A stretch of 64,000 nt of DNA from an uncultured delta proteobacterium (GCA_963737905.1 CAVTUQ010000005.1:64001-128000); one strand, 5' to 3'. Counted from the first letter of the stretch, positions 44,962 through 54,728 are shown. The notes: generated by a model not told the origin, from the letters alone. Made by a program: numbers and translations.

Positions 44962-45246
44962 ATGAAGAGACTGGTTGCAATCAGCTGTTTCTCGGTTCTC
45001 TGTGGATGTGCATCGATGCATTCCCCGTATGACCTGCGAGATTGGTGTTTCATGATGGGGAGCTCGCGGCCGGCAGATATAGGGCCCACAGCGCAAAATC
45101 CTGCGACCTGTAACAAAGAATTGACGGAAGATCTAGCGGACCAGACACCGAGAATTTTGTATATTCCCAGGGATATCATTATGGCTCCCGTGATCACGGC
45201 CCGAGTTATATGGGTTGCTTTTGGTCTGACCCGGCCGCCGTTCTAA
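44962..45246 (+). CDS. small hypothetical lipoprotein
   Basis: MKRLVAISCFSVLCGC lipobox; PRDIIMAP resembles YceK/YidQ-like C-termini. Confidence 0.55.
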   Translation: MKRLVAISCFSVLCGCASMHSPYDLRDWCFMMGSSRPADIGPTAQNPATCNKELTEDLADQTPRILYIPRDIIMAPVITARVIWVAFGLTRPPF

Positions 45247-45353
45247 ATCGCTTGATAGATGCGAGGCCGCACCCAACAAATTGCTGACAGCTTGCCGTGA
45301 GAAGGTGTAGTCGCTTCACATAAGAAACATCACAGAAAGTTGGGAGGGAAAAT

Positions 45354-46355
45354 ATGCCGTTGCCGCAAGCTTTTAAAGCGATGGTCGTTTCGGAAACCAC
45401 CGACCAGAAATTCGTCAGGGAGATAAGACAGCGAGAGTTATCAGACTTGCCCGCAGGCGAGTTACTGGTCGAGGTCAAGTATTCTTCTTTGAACTATAAA
45501 GACGCTTTGTCGGCGTCCGGCAACAAAGGGGTGACGAGAAAATATCCGCATACGCCGGGTGTCGATGCCGCGGGAATTGTCGCCACCAGCTCGACTTCCC
45601 AGTTTGGCGCCGGTGACCAGGTGATTGTCACGGGGTTCGATCTGGGTATGAATACTCCCGGCGGCTTTGGCCAGTACATTAGCGTGCCCGCGGGATGGGC
45701 AGTAAAATTGCCGCAAGGTCTGACATTAAAGGAGAGCATGGGCTATGGCACGGCGGGTTTAACCGCGGCTTTGTGTCTCCTGCGGTTGATGGCGTTCGGG
45801 CTCACAAAGGATTCCGGGGAAGTTCTTGTTACGGGCGCGACAGGAGGCGTAGGGAGCGTCGCCGTTGGCATTCTTTCAAAGCTAGATTTTAACGTGGTGG
45901 CCGCCACCGGAAAAACAGCCGAGAAGGATTTTCTCACGCAGCTCGGTGCCAAAACGATCATTTCCCGGGAAGAAGCGGACGATACTTCGGGAAGGCCGCT
46001 GCAAAAAGGCCGCTGGGCCGGCGTCGTCGATACGGTGGGCGGTAACATACTCGCTACAGCCATCAAGTCGACCAAATACGGCGGACTGGTTGCGGCATGC
46101 GGCAACGCGATGTCGGCGGATCTGGCTGTCAGCGTCTATCCCTTTATCCTCAGAGGTGTGAGCCTGCTTGGGGTCGATTCCGTGGAGATACCGATGAACA
46201 CTCGCTCACGCACTTGGCAAAAACTCGCCCACGACTGGAAGTTGGATCTCTCCGGTATCGTTTCCGAATGCGCCTTGGAAGAGTTGAGCCCGAAGATTGA
46301 TCTGATGCTGAAGGGCGGCATTCGGGGAAGGGTCGTCGTGGATCTGAGCCGGTGA
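45354..46355 (+). CDS. YhdH/YhfP (AcuI-like) quinone oxidoreductase, MDR family
   Basis: YSSLNYKD, GTAGLTA, VTGATGGVGS, PFILRGV. Confidence 0.93.
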   Translation: MPLPQAFKAMVVSETTDQKFVREIRQRELSDLPAGELLVEVKYSSLNYKDALSASGNKGVTRKYPHTPGVDAAGIVATSSTSQFGAGDQVIVTGFDLGMNTPGGFGQYISVPAGWAVKLPQGLTLKESMGYGTAGLTAALCLLRLMAFGLTKDSGEVLVTGATGGVGSVAVGILSKLDFNVVAATGKTAEKDFLTQLGAKTIISREEADDTSGRPLQKGRWAGVVDTVGGNILATAIKSTKYGGLVAACGNAMSADLAVSVYPFILRGVSLLGVDSVEIPMNTRSRTWQKLAHDWKLDLSGIVSECALEELSPKIDLMLKGGIRGRVVVDLSR

Positions 46356-46470
46356 GGTGTCACAGAGGAGGTTTGAATATTTTCTGGCTTGACACCTCTT
46401 CTCTATGGTACTAAGTAACCGTTCATTTGAAGGGGGAATAAACAGGCTTTCGCTTTGAAAGGAGCATTTT

Positions 46471-46920
46471 ATGCCCACGGTAACGTCACTGGGTCATGTA
46501 GGTCTTTATGTCCGCGACATCGAGCGTTCCAAAGCATTTTATCGGGATATCCTAGGCCTGAAGATCAGCGACGAGAATCCCAAAACGGGGAGCACATTCA
46601 TGACGGCCAAGGGCCGGCGGGAAGAACATCACGAGTTGCTGCTGGTGCCGGGCCGAGAGGACGGCAAAGTCGTGCAGCAAATTTCTTTCCGTTGCGCCAG
46701 TCTCGCCGATGTCAAACAGTTTTATCGAGTCTTTTTGGAGCATGACATCCCCATCATCCGCACCGTCAGCCACGGCAACGCCGTCGGCGTTTATTTTCAA
46801 GACCCGGACGGCAACCAGTTGGAAGTCTACTGGCAGACGGGCGTGGATTGGCCCCAACCTTTTGGCAAACCGGTGGACTTGACGGCATCGGATGAGGAGA
46901 TCATTGCAAACTTGACCTGA
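46471..46920 (+). CDS. VOC/glyoxalase family protein
   Basis: LGHVGLYVRD..FY..LGL, HHEL, YFQDPDGN.LE. Confidence 0.92.
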   Translation: MPTVTSLGHVGLYVRDIERSKAFYRDILGLKISDENPKTGSTFMTAKGRREEHHELLLVPGREDGKVVQQISFRCASLADVKQFYRVFLEHDIPIIRTVSHGNAVGVYFQDPDGNQLEVYWQTGVDWPQPFGKPVDLTASDEEIIANLT

Positions 46921-46965
46921 GAGCGTGAGGAGACAAGCGAAGCTGTTTTAGTCTCGAGCAATTCC

Positions 46966-47184
46966 ATGGCTAACTTGTACTACAACGATCGCCTTATTAT
47001 CGCGCATGCGTCCATAAACCAGAGCACCAAACTCTGGAGTGCGGGAGCGGAAATCACTTGGAAACGCGATGGCGAGCGGAACGCGCACACCCTCGGGGGC
47101 CTGGCGGATCGATTCAAAACTTCAGAGGAAGCGGAAAAGTTTATCATCAATCTAGCCAAAACTTGGATCGACGCCAATCCCTAA
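46966..47184 (+). CDS. small hypothetical protein, 72 aa
   Basis: ATG ORF with protein-like composition, ending FKTSEEAEKF..AKTWID. Confidence 0.6.
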   Translation: MANLYYNDRLIIAHASINQSTKLWSAGAEITWKRDGERNAHTLGGLADRFKTSEEAEKFIINLAKTWIDANP

Positions 47185-47245
47185 CGCAGAGACGGCCGGG
47201 GAGCAGAGAAGGAAGCGAGCCATTGGAAGGTGAGCGAGAGAGCGT

Positions 47246-47722
47246 TTATCTTGTGCCTTTGATATTTTTACAGAAATAGTCGTTCATCTGGTCATTCATT
47301 TCAAACCACCATTGCCTGACCTGCACTCCGTCTGGCCGAAAAATTTGAGTTTCGTATCTCCCCTGCTGATCGGCAAGATTGGCGACGAGGTTTGAGGCGC
47401 AATCGAAAATCACGATTCTGGGCCAAGACTCGACTCTACCCCTCTCGTCCTTGTTAAACGATATGACATCCGCGGCTATGAAACCCTTGAACGGCTTGAT
47501 CGAATCCGGATGAACCAGAGTGATGTTCGTGACATAAGGATAAAACAACGTCCAGGGAACAATCGGGGCGCTGCCCATGGTTTGAGAGATCAGTTCAAAG
47601 CCTTGGGTTTTCATCTCCTGGATAATGCGTTTGTCCCAACGGTAGGTTTCGATCAAGGCGTTGACGGCAAAACCCACAAGAGCAACGACCAGAATGGCTA
47701 TGAGGGGTTTGAGAAACCTCAT
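47246..47722 (-). CDS. hypothetical membrane-anchored protein
   Basis: N-terminal hydrophobic helix; fills an otherwise empty interval. Confidence 0.65.
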   Translation of the reverse strand: MRFLKPLIAILVVALVGFAVNALIETYRWDKRIIQEMKTQGFELISQTMGSAPIVPWTLFYPYVTNITLVHPDSIKPFKGFIAADVISFNKDERGRVESWPRIVIFDCASNLVANLADQQGRYETQIFRPDGVQVRQWWFEMNDQMNDYFCKNIKGTR

Positions 47723-47990
47723 GACCCACTTACCTATCTACGAAGGAGTTCATGGGTTAGTAGACATAATGACGCCCCCCAAGGGACGAGTCTTGGAGAG
47801 CGCGGGCACCCAAACGCAAAGGAAGCGTTCAGGCCCCGGCCGTTGGCATAACCGCCCCTGGAGTGGATCGGGTAGCGGCCGACGAGGCACAGGCTGATTG
47901 CCCACGTGCGGAAGGGCTCGTCCCGTGGGCTTTTGCCAAACCCATGTTGTCCACCTACCCTCAATAAGTGGCGATTTTGGCACAAAGAGC

Positions 47991-48017
47991 AAAAAGGAGC
48001 CAGCTATTTCAGGCCCC
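47991..48017 (-). terminator. possible terminator of the SCO/DUF4382 unit
   Basis: Minus strand GGGGCC-10 nt-GGCTCC-TTTTT just after the stop at 48025. Confidence 0.35.
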
Positions 48018-48024
48018 GGCCTGC

Positions 48025-48582
48025 TCACGGCCCCGGCGGCACCTTGTCGACGAGTTTTCCATTTGTGTAAAGCTCGTAGCCTTGGATGCCGAGCTCGTAA
48101 CCGCGGGGCGGATGGTCCGACATATCCAACACGACCAAGTCCAAAACAATCGTGGTCTCGCCTTGGGGGCGAATCTCGAAAGAAAGCTTGATGGGGCCGA
48201 CGGTGTTCTTGATCTTAGTACTCCGTGGCCCCTTCTTCAGGAGACCGCTGACTTCCTTGAGCATCAAATGAATGGCATCGAAGGCTCCCGGAGCGAGGCT
48301 GCCGCGAAAGATTCGACCGCTGTTCTTGCCGACGTATTTTGTCAGATCGATGGATTCAGGAGCCGCAGCCAAGCCTTTCCAGCCGCTTTGCCAGAACTTG
48401 AATCCAGGCTTAGGGCTAATCAAAATTTCGCCGATAGTGAGGGTTAGTTGCGAGAAGTCGCCGATGGCCTCGCGGTGATCTTTAATTCGAACTTCGAAAG
48501 TCCCCTGTTCTGCGGCTCCGGCAGGAGCAGCGAGAAAGAGAACTAAAATAAGGAGCAGCAACCGGCTGGAAATGCTGGTCAT
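48025..48582 (-). CDS. exported DUF4382-like protein
   Basis: Signal peptide (AAPAGA); pattern G.FEVRIKD..F..L.LTI..IDL..L.PG.F..I.L..T.IVLD; ATGA coupling to the SCO gene. Confidence 0.7.
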   Translation of the reverse strand: MTSISSRLLLLILVLFLAAPAGAAEQGTFEVRIKDHREAIGDFSQLTLTIGEILISPKPGFKFWQSGWKGLAAAPESIDLTKYVGKNSGRIFRGSLAPGAFDAIHLMLKEVSGLLKKGPRSTKIKNTVGPIKLSFEIRPQGETTIVLDLVVLDMSDHPPRGYELGIQGYELYTNGKLVDKVPPGP

Positions 48583-49190
48583 TGCCGGTTCGAGGAATCG
48601 AGCGAAACCATGTCCCTGAGAATTTCTTTTTCCTGCCATTTGTCGGTGTAATAATCGACTCTGCGAATCCCCCGCCGGTCGATCAGAGTGGCCAGCGTAG
48701 TGTGCTGAATTTGACCGTCCGGCCTCTTTCGTACCGTCACGCCGAATGCTTTCCAAACCTTGGCCAGGTCTTGCTTGGGTCCCGTGAGAAAGAGCCAATG
48801 ATTGAAATCAGCTTTGAACTGCTCCGCATAGCTTTTCAAAGCCGCGGGAGTGTCCCGCTCGGGATCGGTGGTGATGGTTAGCAACAGGTAGTCGTCCACC
48901 TTCTTTTCCTGCAAGGTCCGTTGGATGCTAGCGAATTTTGCTGTCAGAAGCGGGCAGACATCGGGACAGGTTGTAAAGACGAAAGTTGCCAGTACGATTT
49001 TTCCCCGGGAGTTTGCGAAGTGAAAAGGCTTGTCGTTCTGATCGACGAGGGTAAACTCCGGCACCGCCGTTTGAATTGCCTTTCGGCCGATTTCAGGTTT
49101 CTTCGGCAGAATAGGCAAATGAGGAAACGCCGGAGCGGCGCAAAGGCTCAATAAAATCGTAGTCGATGCGAGGAGCCGGCTAATGCTCAA
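48579..49190 (-). CDS. SCO family protein
   Basis: FVFTTCPDVCP, TTDPERD, WLFLTG, QHT; TTG start inferred. Confidence 0.93.
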   Translation of the reverse strand: MSISRLLASTTILLSLCAAPAFPHLPILPKKPEIGRKAIQTAVPEFTLVDQNDKPFHFANSRGKIVLATFVFTTCPDVCPLLTAKFASIQRTLQEKKVDDYLLLTITTDPERDTPAALKSYAEQFKADFNHWLFLTGPKQDLAKVWKAFGVTVRKRPDGQIQHTTLATLIDRRGIRRVDYYTDKWQEKEILRDMVSLDSSNRQ

Positions 49191-50070
49191 CTTTGAATTC
49201 GTAGGTAACATCGAGATGCTTCGTTCCGTCCGGTATATCGCCGCGAACCACGTAGGTGCTGGAATAGCTCTGTTCCTCCCCGGGTGGAATTCTTACCGGC
49301 AGAAGCAGAGCGCATTCGACGAGGTCCAGGTGCTCGGCCAGAGCCGCAGGTTCGACCCGATGGTTAATGCGCGCAAAAACCTCCTTGTCAGTCAAGTTCT
49401 TGACTCGATAGGCGATGGTAAAAGGCTCGTTCGGTTGGGTGACGGTCTCTTTGATCGTAGGGCCAGCTTCGATGCCGCTATCTTGCGGCACCAATGTCGT
49501 AAAGCTCACTCTCACTCCGGACGCCCAGTCGAAGAATAGACGCCAACTGTTACCTTCTTTGACCAAGGTAAAATCTTCTTGTCCTTCAATGACCTCCAAG
49601 CCGTTTCTTCGCTTCAAGGCGTCGATGGACGTAAGCAGCTTCTTTTGTTCATTCAGTGGAAGCGCGTTGAGCCGCTCCTCATCCCAATCCAACAGCAACG
49701 TCCCCAGGCCGTTCATATCCGGTGCCTTGAAGGCCAAGGTGATCCGTGCGCGGTTATTCTCTATTTTGATTTGCGCTGGCCTGAATTCAATAAACTCGGA
49801 TAGCTTTTTGGCCGCTTCCAGAGCGAGACCGCCAAACGGGCCTCGCTCGCGGACGTAAACCCGTTCTTCCTTTAACCCCTTATCCTCTGAGGAGACGAAT
49901 CGGTAGGCTTGTTTGAAATCGCGGGAGTAAATGGCCCTCAAATACTTGGTGAGAATGCGCACTGACTGCTCGTCGTCTGCCTTGTGAAGTCCCTCCGTAA
50001 GCACATAAGACGCGGGCAGGACGAGCAATAACGTTGCCGCGACGAACAAAATAAAAGGTTTGAGGTGCAT
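49180..50070 (-). CDS. exported two-domain protein, paralog 1 (NTF2-like N-terminus, Cox11/CtaG-like C-terminus)
   Basis: Signal/TM; YLRAIYSRDF..AYRFVS; C-terminal VKN..ARINHRVEP..LDLVEC..PPGEEQ. Domain calls are by eye. Confidence 0.7.
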   Translation of the reverse strand: MHLKPFILFVAATLLLVLPASYVLTEGLHKADDEQSVRILTKYLRAIYSRDFKQAYRFVSSEDKGLKEERVYVRERGPFGGLALEAAKKLSEFIEFRPAQIKIENNRARITLAFKAPDMNGLGTLLLDWDEERLNALPLNEQKKLLTSIDALKRRNGLEVIEGQEDFTLVKEGNSWRLFFDWASGVRVSFTTLVPQDSGIEAGPTIKETVTQPNEPFTIAYRVKNLTDKEVFARINHRVEPAALAEHLDLVECALLLPVRIPPGEEQSYSSTYVVRGDIPDGTKHLDVTYEFKVEH

Positions 50071-50115
50071 CTGTTAATTTCTTTTAAGAACCCGTTAGGG
50101 AACATGTCTGCCCTG

Positions 50116-50703
50116 TTACTTTTTGGCCGGGACGGTCCACAGATAAATTGTCCGGCCGTCTACCCGCTCGGTCTTGTCAGGTTTCCAGTCCCCCATATCA
50201 AAGGCATGGGAGACGACGCGGGAGCCGGGCTTCATTTGACTCAAGACATGGGGCTTGAGTTTTAAGTTCACGTCCGGCAGCAGGTACATCGTCACCACCG
50301 ACGCGCCCGACAGATCCACGGTCAAGATATCTTGTTGCTTAATTTCGGCGAGTTCCTGTACGCCGGCTTTGCGAATATTCTCCCGCGATTGTTTCACAAG
50401 ATCGCCGTCGACATCGAATCCCACGGACCGGGCGCCTTTTTTGGCTGCTGTGATGACGATTCTGCCGTCACCGGAACCCAGATCGTAAACCACATCGCCT
50501 TTTTTAACACCGGCCAGCTCGATCATTTTGTCCACGACTTCTTGTGGGGTGGGAACGAAGGGGACGATTTTTTTGGATTCCAAATCTTGGGCCTGAGCCG
50601 AGCGCGGTGCGAGAGTCCTTGGACTCGGATCAAAAGCTTCAAGTCCAGTTACGGCCAGGAATAGTGACAGACAGAAAAACGCGAAGCGGTTGAATGCTCT
50701 CAT
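50116..50703 (-). CDS. class I SAM-dependent methyltransferase with a signal-like N-terminus
   Basis: VPFVPTP, YDLGSGDGR, YLLP, PGSRVVSH. Confidence 0.92.
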   Translation of the reverse strand: MRAFNRFAFFCLSLFLAVTGLEAFDPSPRTLAPRSAQAQDLESKKIVPFVPTPQEVVDKMIELAGVKKGDVVYDLGSGDGRIVITAAKKGARSVGFDVDGDLVKQSRENIRKAGVQELAEIKQQDILTVDLSGASVVTMYLLPDVNLKLKPHVLSQMKPGSRVVSHAFDMGDWKPDKTERVDGRTIYLWTVPAKK

Positions 50704-50833
50704 TTGTTTTGTTGCCTCCTCAGCAAGCGACGACGTCTAAATGTAGGCCACCAGATAACGCTTTTAGTTAATCATAAAAAAAGCACCGTCGCCAGTCGCT
50801 TATTCCCATTGGCGATGGCCTCGCGGTGAGACC

Positions 50834-50867
50834 TTGAACTGTTTGAACGGCTTGAACGTTTTGAACT
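50834..50867 (+). repeat. nonamer tandem repeat (TTGAACnnn)x4
   Basis: ttgaactgt ttgaacggc ttgaacgtt ttgaact. Confidence 0.8.
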
Positions 50868-50878
50868 TCTAGTTCGCC

Positions 50879-51487
50879 TTAATGAGCGAGTTTCGGTTTC
50901 TCTTCCAACAGCGCGGAAGTATCGCGCACCAGATCCTTGAACTGCCACTTCTCGCCGAAGAAATTAAATCGGCGAATCCCCTGGCGGTCGATCACCGTAG
51001 TCAGGCTGGTGTGCTGGACGAGGCCGCGCCCTTTTTTGATCACTCTGACATCGAAGCCCTTCCATACCTGTTTCAGTTGTGACTCGCTGCCGGTTAAGAA
51101 GGCCCAATTTTGAAAATCTGCGCCGTATCGTTGCGCATAGGATTTAAGAACTTTCGCTGAGTCCACCTCGGGATCGGTGGTGATGCTGACCAAAAACAGG
51201 TTGCCGGCATGTTCATTCTTGAGGGTGCGCTGGAGCTGGGCAAAGTTGGCGGTAAACAAGGGGCAGACATCCGTACAGGTGGTGAAAATGAAATTGAGCA
51301 CGATCACCTTGCCGCGCAAGGTCGTTGAATCAAAGCGATTGCCCTCTTGGTTTAGCAGGACAAAGGCCGGAGCCTTGGTGTTTGGCGTTGCCGAAGTCGG
51401 CGGAACTTCTCGTGGAGCGCCGGGCAAATGAGCATGAAGGTCTAATGGAAACAGGACTAGAAATAGCACTGCAAGCAGGGTGCGCAT
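50879..51487 (-). CDS. SCO family protein
   Basis: Signal ending LHA|HLP, FIFTTCTDVCP, TTDPEVD, WAFLTG, QHT. Confidence 0.93.
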   Translation of the reverse strand: MRTLLAVLFLVLFPLDLHAHLPGAPREVPPTSATPNTKAPAFVLLNQEGNRFDSTTLRGKVIVLNFIFTTCTDVCPLFTANFAQLQRTLKNEHAGNLFLVSITTDPEVDSAKVLKSYAQRYGADFQNWAFLTGSESQLKQVWKGFDVRVIKKGRGLVQHTSLTTVIDRQGIRRFNFFGEKWQFKDLVRDTSALLEEKPKLAH

Positions 51488-51488
51488 T

Positions 51489-52355
51489 TTATTTAAGCAG
51501 TCTAAAATCATAGGTCAGGTTTAACTGGTGCACGCCTTCGGGCAAGCCCCCTCTTAAGAGATACCTGGCAAAATATTCTTGCTCTTTTCCCGGCTGCAGG
51601 GTGATCGGCAGAAGAAAGCCGCATTCAACGAAATCTAGAAAATCAGCAACGTCCTGAGGCTCCACCAGATGGCCGATACGAGCGACGACCGGTTGATGGG
51701 CGCGATTTTTGACCCTAAGAAGAATTTCAAATAGGTCTCCAGGTTGGACCACCACTTCGCTCTTGGATAAAGCTACGTCCAAATCCGCCGCATCGGCGAG
51801 CTCAAGCCGCAAGGGTATTTTAACGCCGGACGACCAATTGAGAAAAATCCGCCACTCATTGCCTTCTTTGACTAGTTCGAGTTTTTCCTCAAGTTCGATC
51901 ATCTCGAAAGATCCGTCCCGTTTCTTTTTCTCCCAAGACTCGATCAGCTGCCTGCGCTCATCGACGGATATTGCGTTCAACCGCCGGGGATCCAAATTAA
52001 AAAGTTGCGCGGGCTCGGGAATGCCAATCTTGGTGACTGCCTCGATCCGGTCGGGCGCCAGTTGTTTTTGAGCCGGCTTGGTTTCGATGAAACTAGCCAG
52101 TTTTCTTGACGCTTCCAGGGCGAAACCCATAAAAGCGCCCCGTTGCTGCGCGTATCGACTCAAATCTCTGACACGCTGGTCGGCGGTGGAAATGTAACGG
52201 TAAGCCTCGATGTAATCGCGGGCGTAAGTCGCGCGCAAATAGCTTTGGATGACCAGCGCGGGATCGCCGAGGTTGGCTTGCTGCTCGGCGGCTTTTAATT
52301 TTGGACCGGCTGCGACGACCAGAAAGATTGTGACGATGGCTGCCAGCAGTTTCAT
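51489..52355 (-). CDS. exported two-domain protein, paralog 2 (Cox11/CtaG-like C-terminus)
   Basis: YLRATYARDY..AYRYIS; VKN..ARIGHLVEP..LDFVEC..LQPGKEQ. Confidence 0.7.
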   Translation of the reverse strand: MKLLAAIVTIFLVVAAGPKLKAAEQQANLGDPALVIQSYLRATYARDYIEAYRYISTADQRVRDLSRYAQQRGAFMGFALEASRKLASFIETKPAQKQLAPDRIEAVTKIGIPEPAQLFNLDPRRLNAISVDERRQLIESWEKKKRDGSFEMIELEEKLELVKEGNEWRIFLNWSSGVKIPLRLELADAADLDVALSKSEVVVQPGDLFEILLRVKNRAHQPVVARIGHLVEPQDVADFLDFVECGFLLPITLQPGKEQEYFARYLLRGGLPEGVHQLNLTYDFRLLK

Positions 52356-53353
52356 TATAAGTTGTCGCGTGTTGTGGAGGTTGTTGCTTTTGCGGCATTC
52401 CGTCGTGGCGTAGTTGTCTTGGAATATGCGCTAGGGGGCGTCGGGAAGGGCTCGAGCTTGAATTCATAGCTAATGCCGATCGTGCTACCGGTTGCCAATC
52501 CGTCTTTGATCAAATAAGCGCTTGAGATCTCTTGAACGTCGCCGGGTTGAAGCTCAAGTGGTCGAAGGGCGCCGCAGGCGATCATGTCAATATTATTTTC
52601 CATGTCCTGCGGCTCTATGTGATGGACAATCCGCGCCACAATCGGCTGTTTACTCCGGTTCTTGATCTTGAGATCGACCTGGAAGGGCTCGTCTTTTTTC
52701 ACGATGAGCTCACTTTGGACGAATCGAGCTTGTACTTCGCTCGACGCCGCCGAATCGACTTTGAACGTGACTTTGATTCCCGACGCCCAATCGAGAAATA
52801 CCTTCCAACCACCCTTATCCGAGATCAGATCAAATGTCTCCTGGCCCTCGATCATGATCATCTTGCCATCTTTCTTTACTTTCCCCAAGGTTTGGAGCAG
52901 CTGTTCTTGGCGCGGCCGTGAAAGCGCATTGAGCTTCTCCGGATCCCAATCGAACAGAAGGGAAGACAGCTCATCGGCGGTGGGGACTTTGTAACCAACC
53001 TTGTAGTGAGCGAGGTCGGGGCTTAGCTGCTTCTCGATAACCCAGACCTCCATGCTCGCGGCGAGCGTTTGCGCTAGCTCAAGAGCAAAGCCGGTAAAGC
53101 CCCCGGACTGTGAAGCATAACTCTTTTCATTCCACGCAAGTTGGTCCCGGGAGGAAATGTATCGATAGGCGGTTTGGTAATCGCGAGCGTAGCTTGCCTT
53201 GAGATAAGCTTTGACGACGTCAAAAGGTTTTTCCTGAGGAGGCTTTGCGCCGGCCGGATTGAAGTAAAGGATCGCTCCGATCAGGAATGTGAAAACCGCA
53301 GCACCGGCGAGAAGAACCGACGGCCGGGAAACTTTGCGCTTTGTCTCAATCAT
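52355..53353 (-). CDS. membrane-anchored two-domain protein, paralog 3 (Cox11/CtaG-like C-terminus)
   Basis: YLKASYARDY..AYRYIS; IKN..ARIVHHIEP..IDMIAC..LQPGDVQ; start at ATG 53353. Confidence 0.7.
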   Translation of the reverse strand: MIETKRKVSRPSVLLAGAAVFTFLIGAILYFNPAGAKPPQEKPFDVVKAYLKASYARDYQTAYRYISSRDQLAWNEKSYASQSGGFTGFALELAQTLAASMEVWVIEKQLSPDLAHYKVGYKVPTADELSSLLFDWDPEKLNALSRPRQEQLLQTLGKVKKDGKMIMIEGQETFDLISDKGGWKVFLDWASGIKVTFKVDSAASSEVQARFVQSELIVKKDEPFQVDLKIKNRSKQPIVARIVHHIEPQDMENNIDMIACGALRPLELQPGDVQEISSAYLIKDGLATGSTIGISYEFKLEPFPTPPSAYSKTTTPRRNAAKATTSTTRDNL

Positions 53354-53577
53354 TTTTTGATGAGGGTTGACGTAGAGTTCAGTATTAGAATTATATCGCA
53401 ACGCGATTCTACCCATTCTCCCCGGCTCAAACAACACCGGGTCAAAGTGTCTTTGGCGGCGATTGGTCATTCCAGAAGACAAAGACAGGCAAGGCTAGCA
53501 AACGCCGGAAATTTTCAACCATGATATAATGCCAACAGAACTGCCCCTGCTTAAGGGCATAAAGATACCTGAAAAAA

Positions 53578-53790
53578 ATGGTCAATGCTTGCGCAAAAAT
53601 CGCCTTTTTACTTGTTCTTCTGGTGTGCGTGCTATCGGCTTGCGCACAAATCAAAGAGGCGGGTCGAACCATTGGTCACACGACTCGGGATGTCACGAGA
53701 GAAATAGGTCATGGTACCCGTGACGCGGCGAAAGCTGTTGGCGAGGGAGTAAAAAAGGTCGTGAAATCAGCGACTGGCGACGAGGACTAG
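53578..53790 (+). CDS. small lipoprotein with IGHxTRD repeats
   Basis: LSAC lipobox; TIGHTTRD / EIGHGTRD 11-mer repeat. Confidence 0.7.
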   Translation: MVNACAKIAFLLVLLVCVLSACAQIKEAGRTIGHTTRDVTREIGHGTRDAAKAVGEGVKKVVKSATGDED

Positions 53791-53941
53791 ATCTCCAGTC
53801 ACTGAATAGACGCATGTCATTGCCACAATGAAGTCAGATACCGAGTGGTTTATGATTTTGAGGCCGCCGTTGAACGGCAGGGCCCGACCGCTCGCCATGC
53901 GAACGGCCGGGTGCTCGAGGTCAGGCTGCGACGTGAGAGAA

Positions 53942-54409
53942 CTATCTCTTGCGCAGATCTTGATGAAGCTCGCGACGGGCTGATTCCAGCTGCGTTTGGT
54001 CTTGCCGAAGGTCGCTTCGGTCGCTGCGGATCTCTCTTAAGTCACCGCGGATCTCTTCTCTGCTGGCGCCATTGCGTCGGTCTTTTCTCAGCTCCTGATA
54101 ATCCCCGCGCAACTCCTGGCGGCCCTGTTTGACTTCATTGCGGGCATTGCGAATATCTTTGAAATCCTGTCGAATCTCAGGCTTATTATGATGCCCACGG
54201 TTGTCATGACGAACATCGCGCCGGTAGTGATTGTCATATCGTCCGCGATGATCCCGTCCGTGGTAGCCGTCGCGCCTCCCGTGATCACCTTTCCACTTGC
54301 TGTGAGAATATTCCTTTCCGTCCTTAGTGTCGGCGGTCGCAGATACTGCTGGGATAACTAGAACCCCCGTAACCATTGCGCTCAAAATGATCGTTCGTAG
54401 ATTTTTCAT
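53942..54409 (-). CDS. exported His/Arg/Asp-rich low-complexity protein
   Basis: AGGAG RBS, signal peptide, HGRRDGYHGRDH stretch, then R(Q/G/S)D coiled-coil repeats. Confidence 0.7.
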   Translation of the reverse strand: MKNLRTIILSAMVTGVLVIPAVSATADTKDGKEYSHSKWKGDHGRRDGYHGRDHRGRYDNHYRRDVRHDNRGHHNKPEIRQDFKDIRNARNEVKQGRQELRGDYQELRKDRRNGASREEIRGDLREIRSDRSDLRQDQTQLESARRELHQDLRKR

Positions 54410-54452
54410 ATCCATTCTCCTTTTCTTGTTAGGGCCGTAGTTAAGTAAACCC

Positions 54453-54728
54453 CTAGCGTCGGTAATCGTCGTCTTCTTGACCTTGGATGTAGTTACCAAT
54501 CAGCGCGCCTGCCCCCAGGCCAACCGCCCCGCCGATGGCTGCGCCGGCTCCGGGATGACCTTTGGCGCTGCCGATAGCTCCGCCAACGGCTGCGCCGCCG
54601 AGAGCGCCGATGCCTGCGCCTTTTTCCCGTGCGGTCAGGGGTCCGCCGGCACAGCCGGCAGCGGCCATGGCGGTCAGACCGATGGCAACGATCGAGGTCG
54701 AGAAGTTGAGTCTCTTTTTGTTGTTCAT
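54453..54728 (-). CDS. glycine-zipper lipoprotein
   Basis: AAGC lipobox; GAGIGALGGAAVGGAIG..GAAIGGAVG; AAGGAG RBS. Confidence 0.85.
   Translation of the reverse strand: MNNKKRLNFSTSIVAIGLTAMAAAGCAGGPLTAREKGAGIGALGGAAVGGAIGSAKGHPGAGAAIGGAVGLGAGALIGNYIQGQEDDDYRR

Noticed and set aside
47725-47990. Riboswitch or small ORFs in the GC-rich gap
   Set aside because: No riboswitch consensus recognised and the ORFs lack RBS or motifs.
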